A DNA stretch of 64,000 bases from Ruditapes philippinarum. Its lineage: Eukaryota. A model generated the notes under the pieces. It had not been told where the DNA came from and made no database searches. It saw only the letters and a program-made list of their open reading frames with translations. The DNA is taken from assembly GCF_026571515.1 (NCBI RefSeq), contig NW_026859492.1:1-64000 (forward strand), in the 5' to 3' direction. Shown piece by piece: positions 27,643-40,176 of this stretch. Position 1 is the stretch's first letter. Every line of letters starts with the position of its first letter. A program made the translations under genes and the position numbers.

Positions 27643-30600
27643 CTAGTTATTTCGCAAGTTTGCATAGTATATATATTTTGCTAAATTATTAATTATTGCT
27701 TTTGATTTTGCACATATGAGATTAACAAATTTCTGTTTAGTTGGCCACGTATAATAATATCTCTTTATATATTTTGATCTTAGGTCCTGGAATTTAGAAC
27801 ATATTAATACAAAATGATACTCATTTTCTATAAGACCGGCATTACAATTACTACACAATCTTTCATTTCTTGGTATATTTCTATGTCGTCCACGTTCAAT
27901 AGCCAAATTAGAGAAGATGAACGAAATTTGGATAAAGCTACCCTAAATTTCGGTTCAACGATAAAATCCAAATAGTTTTCAAATTCGAATGAATGTTTAA
28001 ATAAACAATATGTATCTAATCTAGACGAGTTATTAATTGAGGAATACCAACTTTGATAGAATATGTCTAAAATTCGTTGTTTAATAATACTAAAATCGAT
28101 ATCTATAGTAAACTGATTTTCCCACATATAAAACAAGCCAGTCTGCTCTAAAGTAGTCTTAACAGTATATGCCCAGTTTTTACTACTATAAGTTACACCA
28201 TTGTCGGCATCTGTTTTTAACATAATAAAAATTTTATACAATATAGTTCTTTCGTTAAGTTTAAGAAGTTTTAACCAGTATTTGATCAATATTAGTTTTC
28301 TATGAATGGACATTGGTGTACGACCAAGTTCACCATATAACACATCTACATTGGTTGATTGTTTTACACATAACAATCTTCTACAAAACTTTGTATGTAT
28401 AATTTCTATGTTCGGACCAGCATGATGTCCCCACACTTCTGCAGCATAATTTAATGTTGGTAAAACAATACTATCAAATAAACTTATCATTTGGGAAACT
28501 GGAAGTTCCAACTGGTTACATACAATAAATAAATTATGTAGTGAATATGACGCATGTTGCGCAATATATTTTTGAGTTCTGTTCCAGTTTCCATTTTTAA
28601 AAAGATACACACCTAAATATTTAAAAGATTCTACAATTTCAATTCTTGTGTTATACAAAAAGAAATCATAAGATGTATGTCTACCATTTTCAAAAATCAT
28701 TACTTTTGTTTTAGACACATTTAATTTCAGATTCCACATATTGCAATAATGTTCTATATCATTCAAGATAGATTGTAATAAATTTGGATCATGTGTGAAA
28801 ACTACAGCGTCGTCTGCAAATAACAACAAAAATACCTGTATATCATCAATGTTAACAATACCAGGAATGTTCCTATTTATATTATTTAATATATCATTGA
28901 GAAAAAATAAACACAATATGCTACTTGCTGGATCTCCCTGTCTCACTCCAATCTTAGAATTAATTTAGATCAGAATGCATGTTTTTATATTTTACAAAAG
29001 ATTTAACAATACCATACATTGACTTGATTGCAGTAACAAATTTTGTACTTATATTTTCATTCAGTAACTTTCTCCATAATAAAACCCTATCAATACGGTC
29101 AAACATTTTCTCCCAATCTAGAAATGCTACATAGAGTTTCTTCTTATTCGACAAAGTCTTTGTTATTATAGCATGTAGAACAAAAATACAGTCAATAGTT
29201 GACTTATTCCTTTGAAAACCATATTGATTATCAATAAATTTTTCATGTTTATCAGCCCATTTAATAAGTCTATCAACTAATAATTTTGAGTATATTTTGG
29301 ACAAAATATTATTTAGGGTAATTCCGCGAAAGTTTTTTGCTTCATGAGCCCCACCTTTAAAAATTTGTACTATAATACCTTCTCCCCAGCATTCAGGAAA
29401 TACGCCATCATTAAATATTTTATTATAAAAGCGTGTGAGAAATGGACAAATTATATCAATTGAATTTTTAAATACTTCTGCAATCAGATGGTCAGTACCT
29501 GGGCATTTAGAATTGTTTTGCGAAAATATTGCATTTTTTATCTCCATCGATGTAAATTCAACATCTAAATCATTATCATATACGTAATCATTATGTACAT
29601 CATTATTTTTTTCATGATCATACAGTGGTGTAGAACCGTACAAACTATTAAAATGTATATACATATCATCAATACATATGTTACTATTTTCTATAGTAGG
29701 TTGCCTGTATTGTGTTCTAACATTACTCCAAAAAGACTTTGGGTTACATTTTGCTAATTTTGACACTCGTTTCCCCTCTGTCTTTTTGAATAAACGTTTA
29801 CATCTCAGTTTTATATTCTTATATACCTTTCTTTTATTTATGAAAATGCTTTTATTCTCGTTCGTTCTATTTCTCAAAAATACATTTCTTGCTCTATTTA
29901 ATGCTTTTCTGGCCTCATAGCATTCTTTATCAAACCATTTTTTCTTAGTTTTTAAATTTGTTTCTCGATTAGTATTTTTGCATTTGCCAAATACTTTAAA
30001 TGCATTATCTTGCATGTATGTCGTAAAAGATTTTATTGTTTCATTTACAGAAACATTATTCAAATTATTGCTTATCTGTGTTAGCCGTTCTATATCGACT
30101 GATAAATAATTTCGGAATATATCAACTTTTGAGTCATCCCACGCTAAAATAGTTCATGGTTGAACTTGGTCACGTGGATTTTGGGTATTCTCTCAATACA
30201 AAAATGAAGAGCATTGTGATCAGATAAATCATTTGGTTTACATATTGCAAATTCTTTAATATATTCTCATTACAATAACAGATAATCAACTACGCTCATT
30301 CCATTAGAGCAATAAATGTGTATTCACCTATAGATATCAAGGTGTAAACGACCGTTTGCTATTAATAGATTTGTCGCCTTACAGCGTATCCCATGTGCGT
30401 CAAACGTGGTCTTTAACCCCTAGTACAATTGTAATCATTCGAAAATTCTATCTAAGATAACGATCAAATTCATAAAAGATCTAATGCTTCTGCCGTGCGA
30501 CTATTCATGTCACCTGTAACAAGGACTTTTCCTAACATTTTATACCTTTCTATATCTATTTCTAATTGATTAAACATATCAATATCAAATCTGTTCAATA

Positions 30601-30988
30601 CTTGTGAGTCACGTGGAAGGATATATGTGCAACAAAGATAAACGTCTGTATCACAAGTAATAATAGATTTACAAATTTTTAACCAACATATACCACTTTG
30701 ATTTTTGCTAATAATACTAATTTTGTCTTTCAAACTACATTTATAATAAATAGAAATCCCACCAGAGTGTCTCCCTTTTCTAGAATTTATAGATTTGTTA
30801 CCATATAAGTGTTCAGTACAATAGCCATCGATATTTAAATTATAATGGGAGTTTTTTGACAGCCACGTTTCTGTTAATAAAATAATGTCATTTTCCTTTA
30901 TTATTTCTATAAAGTCAGGATCACAAAGTTTTCGAACCAGTCCATTTATATTCCAAGATAAAATGTGTAATTGCTCTTCTTGACACCT
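27643..30988 (-). pseudogene. LINE ORF2: APE endonuclease + reverse transcriptase + C-terminal CCHC, several frameshifts
   Basis: APE motifs SWNING, LLTETW, HSGGI, TGDMNSRT; RT motifs QYGFQ, AFLDWEKMFD, GVRQGD, LFADD, FKYLGV; C-terminal RLCSNC..ENEYHFVLIC; breaks at ~30470-30060, ~28955 and ~27906. Confidence 0.95.
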
Positions 30989-31992
30989 CTAAGAAGCGCT
31001 ATGACTGGAACCACATGTGTACTCTGCGTTATTCACGTATAATTTCTCCCCAACGAATCGGACAAATTTTCTTTCCTTTTTTCACTCTGGTAGACTGTAC
31101 TAAGTTCTTTCCTCGCATCTCGCCACTCTTTGGGTATCTGTACTCCAACACCATATCTATGTTGCTTAAGGACGTCCTTCATATGGAAAGCTGTATTCCT
31201 TACTAATTCTCTGTGACTATACTTGTGAAATTTCACAACAATCGGTCTTGGATTTTCGGGTTTGGTTAGTGTACCAAGGCGATGGGCTCTATCAAACTCT
31301 ATCTCAGTACTGATTTTTAATGTATTTTTAATAAATTCTTTTACAATAGAGGCACATGAATTAGGGTCTGTTGCTGTATCATATGTTTGTGGCGGAACAT
31401 TAATATTTTGGTCAGTGTTACTTGTAGAGGAACTTGTAAATAACATGGCTGCTTCCGGTGATGTGGTATGTACTTCCGGTAAGCCATTAAATATTAGATT
31501 GTCCTTCATATTTCTAAATTCGTTGTCCAAGATGCGTGCTCTAAGTTCTTCCTGGGTTTTACTTAATGTTTTGATTTTAGAATTTAACGTGTCACATGAT
31601 TTTTGCATGGGCTTTACACTATCTTTAGTTGACGCTAATTCTGTTGTTTGCTTATCATACTTTTCACTGATAAATGTACTGTTGTTTTCTACATCGCAAA
31701 CTCGCGACTCTATACTTTTTACCTTAATATCTAGATCATTGAGCTTCAAGCACATTGAGTTTACTACTTTTTCAATATTGTCAATTTTATCAAGTCGGGA
31801 GCCGATCTTATCAAGACGGGAGTTCATAGTTTCCATCATAGCTATAGCCCATGGTGGAGTTTGATTTGTACCTTGATTCATCATTGGTGTACCTGGCGGT
31901 AGTGGACCAAGATATTGTTGATTATACTGATACGGAGGTGACTGCAATAATTGGCCAGTAAATGATTGTTGAAAAGTTCCATTAGTACTCAT
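30989..31992 (-). pseudogene. LINE ORF1 (coiled coil + L1-type RRM/CTD), one frameshift near the C-terminus
   Basis: Heptad-rich region, then DNLIFNGLPE and IEFDRAHRLG..PRPIVVKF; after a shift near 31070 it continues FVRFVGEKLYVNN..SAS-TAG (30991-30989). Confidence 0.9.
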
Positions 31993-32687
31993 TTCACTAT
32001 TTATTTTACTTACTGTTGGTGTATCGTATACAAATATGTCACTTTGTTGTTTCTTTCGTTTGTTTTGATTGTTTACGTCATAACTACGTCATACACTTGG
32101 TAGATCAAATAGAAACAACAACAACAAATACTTTGAAGTTTTTTCGTTGAAATTCTTGTCTACTTTTCTACTGTTCTGGTTCTGTACAAGATGTGTAAGA
32201 GATGTTTTCTGTTTGTGTGTTCAAATGCTCAGTTGAATTTAGAAGCAAGTTTTAATTTCATTTTTTTTCGGAATGAATTTGTCGTATTATTTCTTCAAAT
32301 TTTAATAGTAACAAAAATGCGTTTGTACGAAATATGCTTTAGCTCTCATAATAAAATAAAGCGATTCGTGCTGATAACCTACTTTCACTTTTACAGTCAA
32401 CTGTTTGATGACGTAAAATATGACGTCATTGTTTCGGTTTGTGCACATGTTCTGCGGGCTGATAACTAGTTCTCAGCCCCGGGCCGCAAACTCATAATAG
32501 GTCACGTGACACTCATAATCAGTTGAAATCATAGGAAATTTTGTTACTATATATAGTAACAAGTGTATTAAATTCTTATAATTATAAAAGTAAAATTACT
32601 TTAACTTCCTAGTATATACATTTTCATAATTTTAATTGAAAATGCATGTGGATAATATGTATGTCGTTATAAATTGCAAAATAATCT

Positions 32688-32906
32688 CATCATCTAATTG
32701 TATAATATACAAGCGGCACTGGGCCGAAATATCATCTAATTGTATAATATACAAGCGGCACTGGGCCGTTATATCATCTAATTGTATAACATTCAAGCGG
32801 CACTGGGCCGTTATATCATCTAATTGTATAATATACAAGCGGAACTGGGCCGTTATATCATCTAATTGTATAATATACAAGCGGAACTGGGCCGTAATAT
32901 CATCTA
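32688..32906. repeat. 42-bp minisatellite, ~5 copies
   Basis: Unit ATCATCTAATTGTATAATATACAAGCGG(C/A)ACTGGGCCGTTAT, no spacers. Confidence 0.95.
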
Positions 32907-34201
32907 TACACGTGCAAATTAGAAAGTAAAATATGATCCAATGCGTGGATAAACACGGTGTTACGTTTTCATTATAATTTAAAATAAAACGAAAAAGGGT
33001 TACCATGATCAGTTAACCGGTCTATAACACGTGTACATATATATTCACTACTTTACGCTTTGAAAAGGAATATGTTGTTATTGGAAACTCGACTGAAAAA
33101 AAAAACAAAAACAAAAAAAAAAACAAAAAAACAAGTCTTGAGAGATCACATTAAATGTATTAAATAACGTTTAAATGAGTTTCTACACGCAATGTTGTCG
33201 TGATAGATTACCCCAGACTTATTGCTTACGCAACATAGATTCAAAATGATAAGGAAAATAAGAAAACAATGGCACGGTGATCTTTTGTAAACGAAACATA
33301 TCGTAAAGGACTGCATATAGAGTTTACAGTTCATAAATAAACTTAACGGTGCAACGTCTGTTGAGCGACACCTCCATCAAGCGACCTCTGCGTTATAACA
33401 ACCGTTTAGTACACTCTAAAAATTAGACTTTGCATTTTTTTGCTGGTTTATTAAGCTCATAAGCTCCTTAGAACATTTTTTTGGAAATCAATATTCCGTT
33501 TCTTATATAGGTTATATTTGATATTTTTGCAATGTTCACTCTTATAATGATAAACGGATACAGATAAACACGCCTATTGTTTTTATACTTTTTGCGAGAA
33601 CTGAATTTAAATTTATCATTAAATGTTATAAACATCTTTCTCTATTTCTTATTTCCTTTGCTAAATAAAAAAATGTCATTCTTATAGTTTACGGAGATTC
33701 TTGGCACGATAAATCTACATTGATCAACTTCCTACACACATGACAAATATCAAATCATCTTTCTTTTTTTTTACTCTGTCGGCTCGTGATTATGCATTAT
33801 GGTAATATTTCTTCCGGATCATTTTATGTCTTTTTGACAGAAAATTACATCGCGTGATACATCACAAAAATGCAAAAAATGAGTCAAGAATATAGAAATG
33901 CAAGACGATATCTAATGACAATGGAAATTGCTTACACATATAAACAGAGCAAAACCCAGGTAAATAATATTCTAAAGGTAAACAAAAAACAAATGATAAA
34001 ATATATATTTAAAGATGTTCGGCACCCATAATAGTAAAATGTGAATTTGGTGTCGTAGAACAGGTAATATAATGATAAAATGGTATATTTAAATTATCTT
34101 TTTTTTTAAATCATTATTATAATATTTTACCATTTTTATTTCGTTTTTATTTTTTATATTATATTATAATTTATTAAATTTTACCCATGAAATATGGTGC
34201 T

Positions 34202-35095
34202 TTATTTAATTTTACCCATGAAATATGCTGCTATATCAGTCAAATATATTTCATATTTTGTAAAAATAAATATGAAATATAAATATGAAAGTGGGCGGAG
34301 TCAAAACACATATTTATTTTAGGATTTAGCTCAATACAGGATTGGAGCAGTACCTCTAGACGCTTGCAGAAATCATGATCACAAAATAGACAAATATCGT
34401 TTTTTTCGCCGAATTTTACATTTTTCCTTGATTATCGTACTTGATTCGGTGTGAAAAGATAAATTAGACCTGTTAAAGTTCATTCTGTTGGGTAAAAAGA
34501 CAAGATTTTAGCATTTTATCATTCAAGCGCCTTGTCCGGTATATACCGGAATACGGTATTTAGTGAGGTGCTCCAATCCTTTTTTTAGTCACAGCCTTTA
34601 TTTTAAGGGATTTCTTTCGCCATTTTATTTGGAAAATCTGATAAATACAAAACAACTTTTTGCTGAAATTTGTTTTGAAAACTATCTAGAATGATAGAAA
34701 ATGGTCTAACTAAGAAAATTAATCGAACACCAATATCTTTAATTCATTCATTAACGCTGTACAGACGTTTTTAAGAGTTGTTTACGTGACGTCACAATGT
34801 AGCGCTAAATATCGCGTGCAAACAAGACAATGATTATATTACTGCGCGCTGTACAATTGCGGTTGCGTAGCAAACAAGGCTGTTCGTAACCTTTTTTCTT
34901 TGATAATGAAATTAAATAAAAAGGTTATTTTTTCCTTTTTCGTGAAATATGGTATATATCTTCACTCAACATGATAACATGCCACATATTTTCACTCGCC
35001 GTCCCGGCTCGTGAAAGTATGTGGCATTTTATCATGTTTCGTGAAAATATATTCCATATTTCACTCAAACGAAAAAATATCCTCTTATTATTTAA
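34202..35095 (-). mobile_element. Hairpin-headed element, family 3
   Basis: Palindrome 34912-35095 centred on CTCGCCGTCCCGGCTCG; TTATTTAA at both ends (34202, 35088) and inverted at 34912. Confidence 0.8.
34322..34596. mobile_element. MITE with 9-bp TSD (Mutator-like by TSD length)
   Basis: GG..CC ends; subterminal AGGATTGGAGCA / TGCTCCAATCCT; TSD TTTATTTTA (34313-34321, 34597-34605); empty site at ~35200-35215. Confidence 0.75.
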
Positions 35096-35346
35096 TTTTA
35101 CCCATGAAATATGGTGCTATATCAGTCAAATATATTTCATATTTTTTAAAAATAAATATGAAATATAAATATGAAAGTGGGCGGAGTCAAAACTCATATT
35201 TATTATTTTAGGGGCTTCTTTCGCCATTTTGTTTGGAAAATCTGATAAATACAAAACAACTTTTGTTGAATTTTGTTTTGAAAACTATCTGCAATGATAG
35301 AAAATAGGCTAACAAAGAAAATAAATCCGAACACCGATATCGTTAA

Positions 35347-38176
35347 TTATCACATAAACCGCGGCACAGGAGTGTAATAAAGCCATTTAATAAAAACGAT
35401 ATTACACTAGACAATATTACACTATAGTCTGTCCCATTAAAAATGGAAATGAACTTTTGCCTGGTATGAATTAACAGAACGAGGTTGAATAAAAATAAAA
35501 CTATTTTTGTAAACTAAAAAAAAGTCACCCTCGAGATTTTTCAGGATTTTTCTCTAAAGTGTCTACTTTTCTTGTAAAAGCAAATTTTCATTTCTCTATG
35601 GCAAGTCTCTGTTGTTTATTTTCCGTAGCCATTGCCAAAGTACTCTTCATTTGAAGATGAACGGGAGAAAGCACGTGTCATGTTTCTAAAATGTACATGC
35701 AAGCTGGATCTATATTATAAGATGTAACAGTTTCGTTGCAATGCATGATGGAAAACTTTAAAAAATGAATAATAAGCAACAAAAACATCGAGTCATATAG
35801 AATAGATCTAGAATTTGCACTTACTTTTAAGCTGAATAGAATCCTGAATTTCGAAATAGATCTTTATAAACGTCACGACAAATTCGCATTCTGAAGATTC
35901 CTTCATTGCCCGTAGATCCCATTTTTTTACTTTGACTCCCACACTTATGATGATCCAGATTTTTTATAAACTGTTAATCCGTCTCATTATTAAAACATTG
36001 TTCCATTTGTGCAGTTATCTGGGTTAGCAAATGAAATATGTAAATGAAACACATCAAGATTCAGTATGTTCCAAATCCATAATTCAAGAACGGCCCATCA
36101 ATTTTAGCTGTCAACATCACAAAGTTCATAACTCTTGAAAATGGATTCCTGACGAAATAAACATTATAATATTACGTCAACAACAATTGACGAAATATAT
36201 GACGTAACAAAATGCCTCGCGCTTTTTATGGACGATTCCAGTTGCGGCATTGACAGAGGGCGGTTAGGCATATGTAACCTCATACAGATAATTTTAAGCG
36301 TTGAGATAAATTTGTCTTTATGGCATTTAAAATAATTTTTGTATACCCAGATTTTGCAGTAATTGTTAAAATTACACCTTCAATTCATATATTAACAATA
36401 AAACTTTTGATAACATTTAAATGATTTTAAACACACTTAATGACATGAATCTATATGACAATACAATACTTCTTCCATTAATTCACACGTTAACCTACGT
36501 TTTGATTTTATGTTTTTAAACTATTTTATATATTTCTCAGAAATGATTTTCCTAAAGTACATATTATCTCGTTATTCAAGACTTCTGTAAATCCTACCCC
36601 TTTAGCTGCAAAATATACCATATGCGGTATTGTTTCTCCCTCGAAAAATATAGCTGTTGTTTTTTCATTGAACATTTTCAAATTTTAGGAAGGCTAAAAT
36701 AATTGAGATCATCACTCTGTGTTTCTCTTTGACTCGATCTCCCCTTCATATTAACATAGTATGTAACGCTTTGAATCTACAAAATAAAAAAAAAAACAAA
36801 TAAACTTTTTTGTCCCTTAATGAACGCTCCAATTCAAACTTATTCTTGATAATATCAAATCACTGCCTGTATTTCTGGACATTATGTTAAATTGTGAGAC
36901 GGAATATTAAATCTGTATTTACGAGCTTAAAGTTTATAGGCCTACGTTTGGTTGCTCAAACTAGAATGCATGTTTATATTCTTATAATTTATATTTTTCC
37001 TCGTACGCGAGTCTGTGTTCTCTCATTAGCAAATGAGCTAGTTAAAGTAGACACTGTGCAAACCAATACTGAACATATAGTGATTAAATTCCCCTTTCTA
37101 TATATTTCTTGTCAGATTTTCATGATAACGTAGTATTTGTTGGCGATTTCTAACGTCAGGTTTCTGTTATGAAAGTTAAAACCTACGAAAAGTTTTAGCG
37201 CACGAGCATCGCACCCGAAATAAGAAGGGTAACAAATTTTTGAATCCCATCAGTCCTGGTTAATTTAATTATTTTTAGATAGACGTGATACATACTAATG
37301 GACAGAATTCAGACAACTACAGAATTATTTAAAGTAAACATTAATAAGCGAAGAACTAGTTTTTTAGTCTTCTAGTTAGTGTTCCCGTTCCCCTACGACG
37401 CGTTGCGGTATTCGCTTGATTGAAACGCCATCTAATCAAATCACTTCTCTTAATGATATAAAATACGACAGAATATCATGGTAATTATATAATTATATAA
37501 ATCTTTGTGTGTTATAATTTAAAAAGCGGTTACTGATATTTCACTTCAAAGGATTTTAAATTGATTATTTTAAATAATGGTTTGTTATTAAAATTGCCTT
37601 TTTGACACCAACTTTGTTCTCATTTTTCATTTCAATGATAACATTTAGCTATTGATCAGTAAGTAAATAAGAATAATCAATTTTTTTATAATAACCTAGT
37701 ACAGTTCACGCTAATTGTGAGACGAACCCTAAATGACGTCTGTATGGGCGCCGCCATTTTGAAATGGACGTCACGTCAGGTTACAACGTAAGTCAACGGG
37801 AAAAAATATAATTTTAACATTTTGACCATATTTCTGACTTTATGGAAAAAATGAAAAACATGCCTAGAGATATTGACGTCAGGGTTATCATGACATTAAT
37901 TTAAATGATCTTACTAGTATATTAAATAAAAAAAGGAATATTCAAATTTGATGGGACAGACTATAGTGTAACAACACTTTGACGTCACGTCATTTGCGCT
38001 TTAAACATAGCGTTAAAGCGCGCTAATGTTAGTGTTACACTAAAGGGGCGTCAAAGAAAAATGACTCTTTTTAACAAGTTACCGTTCTTATTTTACATAT
38101 GTGATAAATAGAAAATTATATTCGTGTAGATTCAATACTAAATTTATTGAACTCGTTGAATAAAACAATATTATTA
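35347..38176 (-). mobile_element. Partial family-1 copy (35347-35419 + 37969-38176) split by the CACTA element
   Basis: TTATCACATAAACCG tail at 35347; 37980-38176 matches 38813-39005. Confidence 0.65.
35420..37968. mobile_element. CACTA/EnSpm-type non-autonomous DNA transposon
   Basis: TIRs CACTATAGTCTGTCCCATTAAA / TTTGATGGGACAGACTATAGTG (21 of 22 match); TA on both flanks; no intact ORF. Confidence 0.85.
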
Positions 38177-38502
38177 TTAGTTATTAACGCTGTACAGACG
38201 TTCAAATAGTTGTTTACGTGACGTCACAATGTACCGCCAAACATCGCGTGCAAAACAAGACGCGTCTATATTACTGCGCGCTGTATAATTGCAGTTGCGT
38301 AGCAAGCAAGGGGTTCGTAACCATTTTTCTTTGAAAATGAAATTAAATAAAAAGGTTTTGTTTTTTCTTCGTGAAATATGGTAAATGTTTTCACTCAACA
38401 TGATAAAATGCCACATATTTTCACTCGCATTTATTTATTTATTTATTTAATAACTAAAACATATCTTGTTGGCGTCGACGTCAAAATATAGTTGAGCTGG
38501 AA

Positions 38503-39187
38503 ATATAGGACATTGAATGAGTGTAGGTTCATTACTGAATGTATTGAATGAGTTAAATGAAATTATCTTATGCGAGCAAAATATGATTTTATTCAACGAG
38601 TTCAATAAATTCAGAAAATGAACCTACACGAATGCATTATCTTTTTTATCTCATTCCAAAAAAAAAGACCGTTTGAATAGAAAAAGTACCATTTTTTATT
38701 GACGCGCCTAACATTTAGCGCGTCATAACGCTATACTATGTTTATCACACACCCGTGCCGATTTTTCGACTCCGTAAATATGGTATTGCACGGCCGTGCA
38801 TATATTTTGACGTGACGTCATTAGCGTTATACAAACATAGTGTAAAGACGCGCTAAATGTTAGCGTTATACTATAGGCACGTTAATGAAAAATGACTCTT
38901 ATCTCACTTTAAACGGTCTTTATTTTGGGTATGTGATAAATAGAATATTAAATTCGTGTAAGTTCCTTACTGAATTTATTGCACTCGTTGAATAAAATAA
39001 TATTATGCTCGCCAGAGGCTCGCATAATATAATTTTATTCAACTCGTGCAATAAATTCAGTATTGAACTTACACTCATTCAATATCCTCTATTTATATAA
39101 CGGGAATGACGTCGAGTCAAAATTATATGAACGACCGTGCAATACAAAATTTACGGATTCGTAAAAGCGGCGCGGGTATGTGATTAA
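38503..39187 (+). mobile_element. Family-1 copy interrupted by an inverted family-1 copy
   Basis: 38503-38745 plus 39092-39187 reconstitute the 26670-type element. Confidence 0.8.
38741..39096 (-). mobile_element. Complete family-1 element, inverted
   Basis: Reverse complement of 26670-27014; TTTAT at both junctions (38741-38745, 39092-39096). Confidence 0.9.
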
Positions 39188-39917
39188 GTGTGTAATGATA
39201 TTACATTAAAAACGTTTTAGTGATGGGCTTTTAGTGGAATTTTGTAAAGTCTTCTGACATATTAACATAGATACATTTGTAACATCATGTTTTTCAAAAT
39301 TCCAGAATGTTTTAAGTACGTGTGAGATAATTTGTTTAGCGGCCCCTCGTGCATATACATGGCCGCTAACAGAGATGTTTAGTTAATATGTGAAGCTACT
39401 GCTGTTGTTGTTATTATTGTTGTCTGTCTACCTTTTTTCATTTGTTGTAAGTTATGGTTTCAATTATGGTGTGAAATAATGGCCACCTGTCGGCTTTTAA
39501 TCGTCTTTTGGCGAGAAGAACAAAATCTTTAAGACTATTTTTTTGTAAATAAATCGACATTAATAAAAATGAACAGATGGTTGCTAATTTGGCTTTGCAT
39601 TTATAGAAGTATTTAGAGGAAATGGTAATGGGAAATAACTCTAAAGTACACGCATGAAAGAAGAAATAAAACTGTGCAATATTGTAATTCATATTTAATC
39701 TATGTGTGAAATAAGCAACTAATATTCTTTTTTATTTAAGCCATTTCAATTTGTTACATATTTATTATAAGTAGCAAATGAGAATAAAAAGATTATAAAA
39801 TTGTCACTGCATAAACAGTATCAATTAATGAATGCATCCCCAAAGCACGAGCCCAGTCAGTATTTTTATTTAAATATTATCAATGTAATAAATTAGAAAG
39901 CAATTAGTCAATTAATC

Positions 39918-40176
39918 AATTCATTCATTCATTCATTCATTCATTCATTCATTCATTCATTCATTCATTCATTCGTTAATCAATTCACTTTTTCATTCGT
40001 TCATTCGTTTGTTCTTTCGTTCATTTATTCTATCATTCGCTCTCTTGTTCGACTGTTCATTATTCAGTTCATACTTTCATTCATTATTTCTTTTATTTGC
40101 TCATTCGTTCGTTCTCTCATTCTTTCATTCACTCTCTTAAGCATTCGTTCGTTCATTCATTCATTCGTTCATTCAT
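39918..40176. repeat. (TTCA)n microsatellite with degenerate extension
   Basis: Direct. Confidence 0.9.

Larger units (their letters stand above)
27512..32090 (-). mobile_element. Full-length non-LTR retrotransposon (APE-RT LINE; RTE-X-like, CR1-Zenon not excluded), inactivated
   Basis: TSD ATACA (27507-27511, 32091-32095); ~100-nt 5' UTR; ORF1 and ORF2; 3' AATAAA followed by a (TTGTAG)n tail at 27512-27530. Confidence 0.95.
27349..32571 (+). mobile_element. Hairpin-headed element, family 2, split by the LINE (27349-27511 + 32091-32571)
   Basis: ~165-bp palindrome (CAGAGTAGGGCCGGAAGGTGATAATCGG / CCGATTATCACCTTCCGGCCCTACTCTG); GTGTATTAA at both ends (27349, 32563); removing the LINE restores TTAATACAC. 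Confidence 0.8.
35088..38428 (-). mobile_element. Second, tandem family-3 copy (35088-35346 + 38177-38428) hosting nested insertions
   Basis: 35088-35346 repeats 34202-34745 without the MITE; 38183-38428 repeats 34750-34999. Confidence 0.8.
33130..39700 (+). repeat. Further copy of the A-B-C unit, split by nested TEs (33130-34070, 38460-38503, 39340-39700)
   Basis: 33130-33300 ~ 8728-8895; 33646-34070 ~ 9515-9790 and 11000-11303; TTGGCGTCGACGTCAA (38469) ~ 22303; 39340-39680 ~ 10147-10520. Confidence 0.8.

Noticed and set aside
29678-31864. Plus-strand ORFs 29678-29920 and 31262-31864
   Set aside because: Antisense shadows of the LINE ORFs.
32688-32906. CRISPR-like array
   Set aside because: Contiguous tandem units without unique spacers; eukaryotic context; no cas genes.
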